The position numbers and the translations under genes were made by a program. DNA of 64,000 nt from Verrucomicrobiales bacterium (lineage in GTDB: Bacteria > Verrucomicrobiota > Verrucomicrobiia > Verrucomicrobiales > DEV007): positions 10,391-74,390 of the forward strand of contig PBSY01000018.1 in NCBI GenBank assembly GCA_002726915.1, given 5' to 3'. Every line of letters begins with the position of its first letter. The first letter of the stretch is position 1. Below the pieces are notes generated by a model. The model searched no databases, was not told the origin of the DNA, and worked only from the letters and a program-made list of their open reading frames with translations. This document shows, piece by piece, positions 27,241-37,103 of the stretch.

Positions 27241-28209
27241 CTAAGAAATCTTGCCCATGAAGTCTCCAAAACGGGCATAGAGTTCGACCCCTGAAGCTGA
27301 ATGTTCAGCGAGGTCGGCAGCGGGAGTAAAGCGCCCCGCTTGAAACATGGTTATGACCATGGATCCGCCAAACTTGAAAAAGCCCTTTTCATCGCCATTG
27401 GTGACTAAGGTGGCCGAGCCAGAATCAACGATGCTACCAACGTTGGTCGCTCCGATTTCGAGGATAAGGTAGTCTCCTGCAGGCGATTCTTTGACCTGCG
27501 TGATTCTACGCTTGTTCTGCCAGAGGTAGGAAAAAGTGTGAGACAAAGCGATGGGATTCACGGAATAGAGTGGTCCATTGATCAGGCAGGCCGCCCCTGG
27601 CATACCGCTCAATGGGAAATGGAAGCGATGGTAGTCGGTAGGGCAGAGGCGCGAAATGACAGCTGAACCTCCGGCGAATTTTTCAGCCAATGATTTATCT
27701 CCGAGAAGAGTGATAAGATCAAATTGCTGGTTCTTTGCGTAGATGTGGGTGGCTCGTTCAAGATTTGGAATCACCAGTTGCCTGCCATCTGCTGGAAAAC
27801 AGGCCGTGCCATCGTCTTGGTAGACCGGCCGTGCCTCTGGTTTGAGGCGGCGATAGAAGAATTCGTTAAAGGTCTGGTAGGACTCGGGTGTCTCGAGGAA
27901 ATCTTTGGTATCTATTTCGAATTGTTCGATAAAGGGCAGGATTTCGCGAGAGGAGCAGGTGCAATCCGCCCATCGCCCGTAGAGTCTTGAGAACCATCTC
28001 TGCTTGATAGTAGTTTCTAGGCAAAACCGACCGATGATGGTCCCGTATGCCCATCGTAACGGCTTTTCGCCGTAAATACTCTCCGTTTTGAGTTTTCCGG
28101 CGTAGCGATCAAAGTAAACCAATTCTTGCCTTTGTTGCACAGTTGAGAGATAGACGCATAGCCTTGGAACGGCAAAAACGTTTTTAAGAAAGTGAGAAAA
28201 TGATCGCAC
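27241..28209 (-). CDS. psd: phosphatidylserine decarboxylase proenzyme (long form)
   Basis: YFDRYAGKLKTESIYGEKPLRW N-terminus, TDYHRFHFP, and a FGGSM self-cleavage-type motif. The start is uncertain because it overlaps the divergent surE start by 10 nt. Confidence 0.85.
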   Translation of the reverse strand: MRSFSHFLKNVFAVPRLCVYLSTVQQRQELVYFDRYAGKLKTESIYGEKPLRWAYGTIIGRFCLETTIKQRWFSRLYGRWADCTCSSREILPFIEQFEIDTKDFLETPESYQTFNEFFYRRLKPEARPVYQDDGTACFPADGRQLVIPNLERATHIYAKNQQFDLITLLGDKSLAEKFAGGSAVISRLCPTDYHRFHFPLSGMPGAACLINGPLYSVNPIALSHTFSYLWQNKRRITQVKESPAGDYLILEIGATNVGSIVDSGSATLVTNGDEKGFFKFGGSMVITMFQAGRFTPAADLAEHSASGVELYARFGDFMGKIS

Positions 28210-28895
28210 TCTTGACTAATGATGATGGAATTGATGCTAAAGGACTGGAGGCCTTGGAAGGTTTTGCTGCTGAATACTTCGACGCAGTTTGGGTGGTGGC
28301 TCCAGCCGAGCAGATGTCCCAGATTGGTCATCAGGTCACGACTTCGACGCCGATTCGATTTGAGCAGAAAGGAGAGCGTTCTTTTGCTGTTCATGGAACT
28401 CCGGCCGATTGCACACGGGTGGCTCTGGCTCAACTGCTACCCGAGCAACCTGACTGGATCCTCTCGGGGATCAATCACGGGGGCAACCTCGGTAGGCACG
28501 ACTTCGTGATTTCTGGGACAGTCGCAGCGGTGCGTGAGGGAGCTTTTGCCGGCATCAAAGGAGCCGCATTTTCCCATTTTATGAAGCGCGGTCTGGAATT
28601 GGATTGGGAGTGCGCCTCCCGCTGGGTGAGAAAAGCCTTTGAGAGTTTCCTCAGTGACGAAACGACTCGTGGAGACTTCTGGAATGTCAATCTTCCCCAT
28701 CCGGATCCAGGTGATCCCGAGCCTAAAGTAATTCGTTGTGAGCAGGAGCAGCAGTCGCTTCTTGTTAATTATGAGCAAGTAAGTAATGACGAATTTCTCT
28801 ACGAGGGGGACTATCACGAGCGCCCAAGACGTGAGGGAAGCGATGTTGATGTTTGTTTTGGAGGGGATATAGCAGTTTCGCTCGTATCCGTGTGA
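28200..28895 (+). CDS. surE: 5'/3'-nucleotidase SurE
   Basis: MIALLTNDDGIDAKGL N-terminus and GINHGGNLG. Confidence 0.9.
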   Translation: MIALLTNDDGIDAKGLEALEGFAAEYFDAVWVVAPAEQMSQIGHQVTTSTPIRFEQKGERSFAVHGTPADCTRVALAQLLPEQPDWILSGINHGGNLGRHDFVISGTVAAVREGAFAGIKGAAFSHFMKRGLELDWECASRWVRKAFESFLSDETTRGDFWNVNLPHPDPGDPEPKVIRCEQEQQSLLVNYEQVSNDEFLYEGDYHERPRREGSDVDVCFGGDIAVSLVSV

Positions 28896-29905
28896 TGGCA
28901 CTTTCCCCACGATTTCGGAAGCTTGAGAAACGAACCGCTGAGCTGGCGGAATGGGTGCAGTCAGGTGTCGCAGAATGGGGGGAGGTGTTTGGCACCGACT
29001 CGGATGAGAACTTTTTCGATGGGCATGAAGAGCTGCCACCTTTTGCCTTCAAGTCAGAAGGTTTCTGCACAGCGACAGCGTGGTGGCTGAGCGAGTTTTG
29101 TCGACTGGCTTACACGCCTGACCGCCGCGAAGAGCCTAGAGATAAGCTGGGAAAACTTCCTAGGCGGGGAGATATTCTCGAGTCGCGGACGGAGTTTCAA
29201 GAAGTCTGCTCGATTCACACCGTGGGAAATCATGTTTCGATTTATCGTCCCAAAAAGGGCGAGGGTGCCACGATTGTGTGTTTTCGTGGCTCCACTCGGA
29301 AACGGCAATGGATGTTTAATGCCTTGTTTCGGCCCCACGGTTGGCGACGATTTAGAAGGTCAGGCGAAACTGAAACTGGTTTCGTTCACTCAGGATTTTA
29401 CGTCCTTTTCAAGCGGCTTTGGACCCGTTTGTGGCCTGCGTTGGAGCGATTGCCAAGACCTTGGGTCTTTACCGGCCATTCGTTGGGTGGCGCTGTGGCT
29501 ATGATTGGCGGTGCGGTTTCAGAAGCTGACCTCGTCTGCACCTTTGGGGCTCCCAAGGTAGGGAATGAAGAGTTTAATAGGCTCAATGAGGACCGTAGAA
29601 TCTGGCGGTTTGTGAACCAAGATGATCTGGTGACCCGCCTTCCTTTGCCCGACAAATACCTTAAAGACCGCCAGTTTTCTCACGGCAAGTCTGCTTATCG
29701 GCTGGTGGGAGAGGGCAATGTGTCAAGCTATGAGGATCCGTCAGAGGAGGATCGGCTGCCATTCGCGATGGCAAACTTGATCGAAGAATTACAGTCGACT
29801 CCCGGCTGGATCTCCGACCATCAAATCGGAGGATATTGCCGTCGGCTTAAATTGGCGATTTTCCGCGACGATGGAAGATTGATCCCTGAGGTATTTCTGC
29901 GATAA
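28895..29905 (+). CDS. class 3 lipase family (alpha/beta hydrolase) protein
   Basis: FTGHSLGGAVA nucleophile elbow and VNQDDLVTRLP Asp region. ATG at 28895 overlaps the surE stop (TGATG). No signal peptide seen. Confidence 0.8.
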   Translation: MALSPRFRKLEKRTAELAEWVQSGVAEWGEVFGTDSDENFFDGHEELPPFAFKSEGFCTATAWWLSEFCRLAYTPDRREEPRDKLGKLPRRGDILESRTEFQEVCSIHTVGNHVSIYRPKKGEGATIVCFRGSTRKRQWMFNALFRPHGWRRFRRSGETETGFVHSGFYVLFKRLWTRLWPALERLPRPWVFTGHSLGGAVAMIGGAVSEADLVCTFGAPKVGNEEFNRLNEDRRIWRFVNQDDLVTRLPLPDKYLKDRQFSHGKSAYRLVGEGNVSSYEDPSEEDRLPFAMANLIEELQSTPGWISDHQIGGYCRRLKLAIFRDDGRLIPEVFLR

Positions 29906-29920
29906 TCTACCAACACGACA

Positions 29921-30760
29921 ATGATTAGAACTTCCTCCATTCCAACCATTATTCGTTTATTACTCACGACTCTAGCAGTCCTGACCTCTATCGTCATTAG
30001 AGCGCAGGATGACGTCCCAGAGCGTATTGATTTAACGAATTTTCCTGGAGAGATTGTGGATAAGGTGGTGGTGCCAATTCCCGTCGAGATATTTTCCGTT
30101 TTGGATAAGCTGGGTGAGTTGGATTGGGGAAACGGAATTTCAATTCCAGAGAACGAACCGCAAACAACCGAACGAGCCATTCTCGCACTTACATTCGGTA
30201 GCCTTGTGGGCGAAGGCTTTATCGCGGTGCAGGCAAAAGACCGCGAAAAAATCCAGAAGGTTGGCCACCGAGTCCTCAATCTTTCGGAGTCCCTCGGTCT
30301 TGCAAGTGCGGTCCGACCTCATAGTCTCGGAATCATTGAAGCCGCTGATCTGGGGGACTGGGAGCGCGTTCGTGAGGAGCTAGATAATACTCAGCAGACG
30401 GTGCGGGAAACGATGGTGCGCCTTCGAGATGAGGAGCTTTCCGGCTTGGTGAGTCTCGGTGGTTGGCTTCGCGGAACCTATGTGGTGACCAGGTTTATTA
30501 GCGAAGCCTACAGCGAGGACAAGGCTGAGCTGCTCAATCAACCGGGGCTGATTTCCCATTTTCGCGAAGAGTTGGCTTCAATGACGGGGCCTTCGAAATC
30601 ATCTTCAGAGATTCGAGCCATTTCAACTGGTTTGGCTAGACTTGAGGGAGTCATTACTGACGAAGAGATTATCTCCGAGGAGGATATTAATGAACTCCGC
30701 GAGATCAGTCATACGATGTTGGAGGAGTATTACTTTGGCACTGAAGATGCGGCAAATTGA
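29921..30760 (+). CDS. hypothetical secreted helical protein
   Basis: N-terminal signal-like segment ending VIRAQ, the rest helical and acidic. 15 nt after the lipase gene. Confidence 0.6.
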   Translation: MIRTSSIPTIIRLLLTTLAVLTSIVIRAQDDVPERIDLTNFPGEIVDKVVVPIPVEIFSVLDKLGELDWGNGISIPENEPQTTERAILALTFGSLVGEGFIAVQAKDREKIQKVGHRVLNLSESLGLASAVRPHSLGIIEAADLGDWERVREELDNTQQTVRETMVRLRDEELSGLVSLGGWLRGTYVVTRFISEAYSEDKAELLNQPGLISHFREELASMTGPSKSSSEIRAISTGLARLEGVITDEEIISEEDINELREISHTMLEEYYFGTEDAAN

Positions 30761-31299
30761 TTAAACGGAATATGATTCTGGAGAAACGATCCAACAAACT
30801 CCTTCGCCTGATAGCTCCCGGTCTTTTGACCGCAGTCTGCCTGCTCACGGTCGCCAAGCTTTATGCTTTTGTTAATGAAGCGATTTCTATTGCTCTGGAG
30901 GCGGCTACACCCTATGTGGAGCAGGGATTCGAAGTGAGGGAGGATAACTGGTCGGGGCAAGTGGAACCTAAAAAGCCTTTATTAGTGCGTCACCAATTGT
31001 TTCGCGGCAATGAGTATTGGTTTTGGGCCGGGACAAGTTGGACTGGTGCTTCGGTCAGAGTCGATATTTTTGACAGTTCAGGCAATTCTGTTGGGCTTGA
31101 GTCGTTTGCGGAAGAGTCTTACGCCGGGGTTCGAGTGCTTCCTCAGAAAACAGCGACTTATTACATTCGCATGGTCGCAGAGTATGATCCCGAAAAAGCT
31201 GCCGCCGAAGCGCAAGCGATTGGAGTTCTTCCAGCGGCAGACGGGGTCGGGGAGTTTGGCACTTCTGTCGATTGGGGATTAGTTTATGGTTATCGCTAA
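30757..31299 (+). CDS. hypothetical secreted/anchored beta-rich protein
   Basis: ATGA overlap with the preceding gene. Hydrophobic N-terminal segment. Beta-sandwich-like pattern (YWFWAG...VRVDIFDSSGNSVG...TYYIRMV). Confidence 0.6.
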   Translation: MIKRNMILEKRSNKLLRLIAPGLLTAVCLLTVAKLYAFVNEAISIALEAATPYVEQGFEVREDNWSGQVEPKKPLLVRHQLFRGNEYWFWAGTSWTGASVRVDIFDSSGNSVGLESFAEESYAGVRVLPQKTATYYIRMVAEYDPEKAAAEAQAIGVLPAADGVGEFGTSVDWGLVYGYR

Positions 31300-31390
31300 G
31301 TTCAGTTTCGTGCACGGCGCGATTCGATGATCAATAGATTTCTGGGAGAAAAAGCAGATAGCGCAAGTGACGGGGTCCTCGCTGCAGGTT

Positions 31391-32392
31391 ATGGCAGATA
31401 AAATAATAGAATTTGAAAGCCCTCATTTTCTTCACAGCCTCTTTGCTGATGATGTGGGGATGTTAAAGGAGATGGGGGAGAAATTGGGAATCACAGTGAC
31501 GACACGCGATGCTTGGGTGAAACTCGAAGGGAACGAGAAAAGTATAAGTGCGGGGCAAGCGGTATTTGCTGATCTTGAAAAAGCAAGACGTCGTGGGGGA
31601 GCTATCACGCCTCACTCCTTTCGCTATGCGATGAAAGCAGCGACTACGATGAGCGAAATCGAAGAATCAAAGGTGGATGGCGAATCAGCTAAGGTTTCGG
31701 AACTGTTCGATACTCGACTTCTTGGCGGTGGTGGCAAACCAGCGGTGACTCCACGAACAAAGAACCAGCGAGATTACATCGCATCATTAAACTCTCACGA
31801 TGTGGTTTTCGGGATTGGCCCCGCAGGAACCGGTAAGACCTACCTAGCCATGGCTTTTGCACTCGACTTGCTTAAGAACCGGCAAGTTGATCGCATTATG
31901 TTGACGCGTCCAGCAGTGGAAGCCGGGGAAGCGCTTGGATTTCTTCCCGGTGCACTCGAGGAAAAAGTACTGCCTTACCTACGCCCGCTCTACGATGCCA
32001 TGAATGACATGCTTGATGGCACGGAGGCGATTCGATTTGCGGAGAACAACCTCATTGAAATTGCTCCGCTGGCCTACATGAGGGGAAGGACGCTCAATCG
32101 CGCCTGCGTCATCCTTGATGAAGCACAAAATGCGAGTCGCGAGCAGATGTTGATGTTCCTCACGCGGATGGGCGAAGAATCCAAGTGTATCGTGACGGGT
32201 GATCCTTCGCAGATCGACCTTCGTCCGAAGAAAAAGTCTGGACTGCTGGAAGCAATGTCGTTGCTGCATGGCATCGACGGAGTATCTTTTATACAATTTG
32301 AGCGTGAGGATGTGGTTCGTCACCCCGTTGTGGCGAGGATCATCGAAGCCTATGAGCAAGGACGCGAAGGGGGTGAAGCCCAAGAGAAGTAG
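31391..32392 (+). CDS. phoH: PhoH family ATPase
   Basis: Walker A GPAGTGKTYLAMA, ILDEAQN, VTGDPSQIDL. ATG at 31391 preferred over GTG at 31367. Confidence 0.9.
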   Translation: MADKIIEFESPHFLHSLFADDVGMLKEMGEKLGITVTTRDAWVKLEGNEKSISAGQAVFADLEKARRRGGAITPHSFRYAMKAATTMSEIEESKVDGESAKVSELFDTRLLGGGGKPAVTPRTKNQRDYIASLNSHDVVFGIGPAGTGKTYLAMAFALDLLKNRQVDRIMLTRPAVEAGEALGFLPGALEEKVLPYLRPLYDAMNDMLDGTEAIRFAENNLIEIAPLAYMRGRTLNRACVILDEAQNASREQMLMFLTRMGEESKCIVTGDPSQIDLRPKKKSGLLEAMSLLHGIDGVSFIQFEREDVVRHPVVARIIEAYEQGREGGEAQEK

Positions 32393-32396
32393 GGAG

Positions 32397-35204
32397 TCAC
32401 TGCAATGCTTCTACCGTGGGTCTGGAGTCGAGGCATTCTCGAATTGATTCTTCAATTTTGGCGAGGCGTTCCGGATCAGTGATCTTCTTTTCGTTCGCAA
32501 AATCTACGAGGGAGAGGCGATCGATTGCTGCTCCCGCCTGTGTGCTGATTCTGGCATTGAGTACTTCTGCTCCTTGATTTCCGAGGATAGTGAATATTTC
32601 GTAGAGCAAGCCGATTCGATCTTGTGCTTGGATATTAAGCACAGTCGAATTTGGCTCTTCTTCATTGGAAATTATCACTCGTTGGGGAATGTCAAAATTT
32701 GGCGGCTCTGCCTGAGTGACCGACGGGGTGGCTTGCTTTTCGATTAGGGCATCGAAATTAACCACGCGCTCGTCGACGCCGAATTCATCCTGCATCATTT
32801 TTTCGATTCGTTCAATCTCTCGAGGAGATGTGACGGGATTCAGTGTGGCTGTGCAAATCCTGAAGATATTCAAGACAAGATCATCGGAACGGGTAAAGAG
32901 ATCAGCCGAGAGGATATTAAGATTTCTCGCAGCGAGGGCTCCGGCTACTTTGGATAGGAGGAGATGACGGTTCCAGCCTGCTACTTCCAGTAAGCTGTAG
33001 CCTTCGTCCGGTCGCGCTTCCCAACCTAACTTTGGAACCATAGCGTCATGAGTGACGCGGTGTATTGATTTGAAGAATCGGTGAAACAATTTTACATGGC
33101 GCGCGATGCTGGTGGAACCACGGTGGCGGAAGTAGCGGGCTGGCATGGCTTTAAAGTGCCCTTCCACTTCCTCTCGATAGGAATCAGGGAGTTTCGTAAA
33201 AACGCGCTGCTTAGTCTCTTCTTTAGGGCGGTTGAATTGATCCTGAAATGACTTCTTATCACCGAAGAATGCCTTCGTAGATTGGTAAAGTTGGCGCATC
33301 AAGGAAGCTTTCCAATCGTTCCACGCCTCGTTGTTGGTGCCGTTTGAATCGACGTAGGTAAAAAGATGGAGCGCTTCCATCGCACTTATATTTCTCACTG
33401 CTCCCGCAAATTCAGCGATTGTGTTAGGGTCGCTAATGTCCTTAGTGGTAGCTGTTCTCCAGAAAGTGAGGTGGTGATCAACGAGGAACATGATAAGCCT
33501 GAGGCGGTCACCGGTATAGCGAAGGCGTTTACAGACTTTTGCGGCGAGAATAGCGCTGGCATCTTCGTGATGTCGTACTTCCTCAGCACGACCGGTGTCG
33601 TGCATCAGGACGGCGACGTAAAGAGCGACGGGGTCTTCCATGTCTTGGAAGATCTTTCTAAAGAATTGCTTCTTGGGATCTTCGGTATGGATGAGTCCGT
33701 CGAGGACATCAATACAGCGGAGAGTGTGCTCATCGGCAGAGTAGCGATGAAAGAATTCGTGCTGCACAAGGTCGGTCAACTTACCAAACTCTGGGAGGTA
33801 ACGACCGAGGAATCCATTTCGGTGCATCCGTCTGAGGATATGAGCGACTTGACCGCGGTTCTGGAGGATCTCTTCGAATGTTTCTCGGTTCGATTTGTTT
33901 CGCCGAAAGTTCCCGTCAATGAGGTGCCAATTCAGCTTAAAGAGGCGTCGGATCTCAGGACTGGTGCGAAGGTGGCGACGCTGGGTGTGCAGAAAGAAGC
34001 GCATGAGGCGCTTTGGGTCCTCTGCAAATATATTTTCGTTTTCAGGGTAAATGAGGCCACCTTTTTCAAAAAAGCCGTCGAATGATTCACCCCCGGTGAT
34101 CTGGCGGGCGAGAAAATTGAAGACGGGAATTCTGGAGGTATCATCGCTCACAACCCCGAGACGAAATGTCTGCATAAGCGAGGTGCTATGGTGGAACATG
34201 TTCCTAGTATGCCGGTAGTAGTCACGCATGAACTTTTCGCTGCGGCGAATGATGTTCTTGCCCGGATATTTCAGGTTGGTGGCTATGACACCTTGAAGCC
34301 GAAGGGTCAAAATATCGCCCGACCGACCTTTTTGTGAGTAATGCAGCTCGTTGCGCACGCGCATCAGAAATTCATAGGCCTCCTCGATCTCTTCAAAAGC
34401 AATCTCAGTGAGACGCCCTTCCTCAACAAGTGCTTTGAGATCCCTTGACTTGCGAAGCACCCAGATCACCCAAACAAGATTGTGGTAATCCCGCAAACCA
34501 CCACACCCCTCTTTAACCTGGGGCTCCTGCAGGTGGATGGTTTGGCCATACTTAGAATGGCGCAAGCGGATATCACGACTGCGTTCGTTGAGATAAGACT
34601 TCTCGCGTCCGCGGATGCAATTATCGAAGAAAGCTTCCTCAAAATCGTCAAACAAGGTGCCGTCCCCTGCAATGAATCGTGCGTCGAGTAGGGTTGTTTT
34701 CGTCTGGTGATCTTTATTTGCGAATTTGCAGGCTTCTTTAATCGACCGAATCGGATAGCTGACATCAAGCCCAAGATCAAAAAGTATTAAGGAGACCTGA
34801 TTAACGGTTTCCTGCACGCTTTGATGGATGTTGCGACTTGATTCGGGAACAAGGAACTGCAGATCGATATCGCTGCCGGGATTCAATTGTCCACGACCAT
34901 AACCGCCGCTGGCTACGAGGGTGAGAGGGTGCTCTTGTCCGGTTTTTCCCACTGCCCCTGTTTGCTCGAGACAATGGCGGAAAACATCATTGATCAGCAT
35001 ATCCATCATCGCCGAGCGCATGACGCAAACTTCAATTCCTCCCATGCTGCCGCGGTGGGCTTCCTTAATGTCGCTGCGAACGTCCTTGAGAAACCCTCGA
35101 TAGATCTTGAGACGAGAAGCATTCTTTCCTGCCGCGTCCAAGGCATTCCTGAGACGTTTTTCGGCCTTCGAGCGGGCCTCTTCTATCGACTTTGAAAGGG
35201 ACAT
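32397..35204 (-). CDS. glnD: [protein-PII] uridylyltransferase/uridylyl-removing enzyme
   Basis: Nucleotidyltransferase motif GGYGRGQLNPGSDIDL, HD domain (LMHDTGR), and two C-terminal ACT-like segments. ATG at 35204. Confidence 0.9.
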   Translation of the reverse strand: MSLSKSIEEARSKAEKRLRNALDAAGKNASRLKIYRGFLKDVRSDIKEAHRGSMGGIEVCVMRSAMMDMLINDVFRHCLEQTGAVGKTGQEHPLTLVASGGYGRGQLNPGSDIDLQFLVPESSRNIHQSVQETVNQVSLILFDLGLDVSYPIRSIKEACKFANKDHQTKTTLLDARFIAGDGTLFDDFEEAFFDNCIRGREKSYLNERSRDIRLRHSKYGQTIHLQEPQVKEGCGGLRDYHNLVWVIWVLRKSRDLKALVEEGRLTEIAFEEIEEAYEFLMRVRNELHYSQKGRSGDILTLRLQGVIATNLKYPGKNIIRRSEKFMRDYYRHTRNMFHHSTSLMQTFRLGVVSDDTSRIPVFNFLARQITGGESFDGFFEKGGLIYPENENIFAEDPKRLMRFFLHTQRRHLRTSPEIRRLFKLNWHLIDGNFRRNKSNRETFEEILQNRGQVAHILRRMHRNGFLGRYLPEFGKLTDLVQHEFFHRYSADEHTLRCIDVLDGLIHTEDPKKQFFRKIFQDMEDPVALYVAVLMHDTGRAEEVRHHEDASAILAAKVCKRLRYTGDRLRLIMFLVDHHLTFWRTATTKDISDPNTIAEFAGAVRNISAMEALHLFTYVDSNGTNNEAWNDWKASLMRQLYQSTKAFFGDKKSFQDQFNRPKEETKQRVFTKLPDSYREEVEGHFKAMPARYFRHRGSTSIARHVKLFHRFFKSIHRVTHDAMVPKLGWEARPDEGYSLLEVAGWNRHLLLSKVAGALAARNLNILSADLFTRSDDLVLNIFRICTATLNPVTSPREIERIEKMMQDEFGVDERVVNFDALIEKQATPSVTQAEPPNFDIPQRVIISNEEEPNSTVLNIQAQDRIGLLYEIFTILGNQGAEVLNARISTQAGAAIDRLSLVDFANEKKITDPERLAKIEESIRECLDSRPTVEALQ

Positions 35205-35287
35205 GTCTACTCGAACTAAACCAGAACACACTTGTTTGCGAAAATTATTTGCTCTGAAAGCATCGAGCAGGTTTAGATAGTGTCATC

Positions 35288-36376
35288 ATGACTGCCCAAA
35301 GAAATCGAACTTCGATCCCGACTCTTCCAATTTTTTGGCCGCTGGTATTGCTGCAGGTGTGCGTTGTGATGGTATTTAACGGGCTCCCCAATCTGCAGGC
35401 TAATGACTCGTCTACTCGGATCGCGATGGGGTCGTGTGCCAACCAAGAGGTGAAACAGCCTATTTGGGAGGCAATTGTGGCGACGCAGCCCGATGGTTTT
35501 GTCTTTCTTGGAGACAACGTCTATGCTGATACAGAGGATATGGATGAGATGCGCAACGCGTATCGTGCCTTAGCTGAGAAAGACGGATACCAGGCCCTTC
35601 TCAATACTTGCCCGGTTTATGCCATCTGGGATGACCATGACTATGGAGTGAATGACGGGGGAGCGGAATTTCCAATGCGGGAAGGGGCCGAGAAGGTTTT
35701 CCACGAGTTTTTCCAGACCCCAGAGGATTCCGACTCGAGAAGACGGCCCGGGATCTATGACGTCGACTACGTCATGGCCCCGGGAGGACAGACGCTTCAG
35801 CTGATTCGCTTGGATACTCGTTATTTTCGCGGTCCGCTGGTAAAACTCCCAAAACAAGGGCGTCATGGCCCCTATGGTCGCAATTTGGACCGGTCGGCGA
35901 CGATCTTGGGCGAGGGCCAGTGGGCTTGGTTGGCAAAGGTTTTGGGTGAGCCTGCAGATCTTAGGGTTATTGCGACAAGCATTCAGTTCTTACCTCAAGA
36001 TCATCAATGGGAGAGGTGGGAGAATTTTCCTCATGAGCGTCAGAAGTTATTGGATCTCCTGAAGGAGAAGGAAACAGGCCCTGTCATTTTCCTCAGTGGA
36101 GATCGTCACATGGGAGAAATTATGAAGTTGAGAGCCGATGATCCGGCGAGCCCTGGCTTTCCGATCTATGAGATCACTTCGAGTGGTCTAACCAATGCCG
36201 GTGGAGGACGGCCGGGTGAGCCAAATCGTCATCGAGTCAGTCCAACCAATTTTCAGAGTCGAAACTTCGGGTTAGTCACGATTGATTGGAATTCCAGTCT
36301 TGTAGAATTGGAACTCCGGAATGTTGGAGGTGATGTCGTTGACGCCTATCGCATTGACTTGACAGCAACAGAGTAG
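35288..36376 (+). CDS. PhoD-like alkaline phosphatase / metallophosphatase
   Basis: Signal-like N-terminus. GDNVYAD, WDDHDYGVNDGG, SGDRHMGE. Confidence 0.8.
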   Translation: MTAQRNRTSIPTLPIFWPLVLLQVCVVMVFNGLPNLQANDSSTRIAMGSCANQEVKQPIWEAIVATQPDGFVFLGDNVYADTEDMDEMRNAYRALAEKDGYQALLNTCPVYAIWDDHDYGVNDGGAEFPMREGAEKVFHEFFQTPEDSDSRRRPGIYDVDYVMAPGGQTLQLIRLDTRYFRGPLVKLPKQGRHGPYGRNLDRSATILGEGQWAWLAKVLGEPADLRVIATSIQFLPQDHQWERWENFPHERQKLLDLLKEKETGPVIFLSGDRHMGEIMKLRADDPASPGFPIYEITSSGLTNAGGGRPGEPNRHRVSPTNFQSRNFGLVTIDWNSSLVELELRNVGGDVVDAYRIDLTATE

Positions 36377-36382
36377 CCAACT

Positions 36383-37096
36383 TCAACGCGACAGGGGAGT
36401 GACTGGTCTGCTGCGTGGTGATAGTTCTGGTGAAGGAATTCGGCCGCTGTCGTTGGGTATTAAAGGCTTTGCGGAACCGGCCGGAGCATAGGATTGAGCG
36501 TTGGCAGCAGCAGGAGCGCGGCTCGAGGAGCGTTTCGGATTATATGTGACCCTCGACGGCGAAGAGGCATCGTGTTCCCGCAGATCAATCGGCGCCTCAT
36601 GCTTTTTAAGATTGGGGTGATAAGCGATGGCATCCTGATAATGAAGCCACATGGCATTTTTTGCAGTGAAGAGACCAAAAATCGCTGTGGCGATCCCGAA
36701 ACCGTATCCGATACGATTCCGATTGCTACCGATGAGGATGGTGACAATTGCGGCAAAAGCGAGGAGGCGAAACTTCCAGGAGGAGGTAATCCACTCTTCG
36801 GTATTGGAATTAAATCCCTTCATCCGGGCCGGATAGCTAATTTTGTAGACTTGTTCCATGCGCGGTTGGGCGGAGATGCGAGCATCTTTGTAGGGCACGT
36901 GAGTCAATGCTGATATGCCAATCACAATCAGTGCTGCGATTTGGAGCTTTTTTACTCTCATGAAATAGCCAAAACACAGCATGAAAACCCCAGTGATGAT
37001 GCCATAGAAGATCATTGGTTCGAGCAGCAGGAAGCGGTATTCCGGATCGCTACAGGCGGTTAGGAGTTGCTCGATTTGGAGAGTGAACTCGGTCAT
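36383..37096 (-). CDS. hypothetical multi-pass membrane protein with a Ser/Pro-rich C-terminal tail
   Basis: About four hydrophobic helices followed by a disordered tail. No recognisable motif. Confidence 0.55.
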   Translation of the reverse strand: MTEFTLQIEQLLTACSDPEYRFLLLEPMIFYGIITGVFMLCFGYFMRVKKLQIAALIVIGISALTHVPYKDARISAQPRMEQVYKISYPARMKGFNSNTEEWITSSWKFRLLAFAAIVTILIGSNRNRIGYGFGIATAIFGLFTAKNAMWLHYQDAIAYHPNLKKHEAPIDLREHDASSPSRVTYNPKRSSSRAPAAANAQSYAPAGSAKPLIPNDSGRIPSPELSPRSRPVTPLSR

Positions 37097-37103
37097 GACA
37101 GAA

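Noticed and set aside
33366-34085. A 239-aa plus-strand ORF, plus similar long ORFs at 11034-11618 (-), 19540-20115 (-), 49944-50483 (+), 40353-40871 (+) and 41702-42076 (-).
   Set aside because: Each lies entirely inside, and antisense to or out of frame with, a strongly motif-supported gene (glnD, leuA, acnB, dxs, bamA, lpxD). Their compositions are Arg/Ser/Gly-rich and without motifs. I treat them as shadow ORFs.
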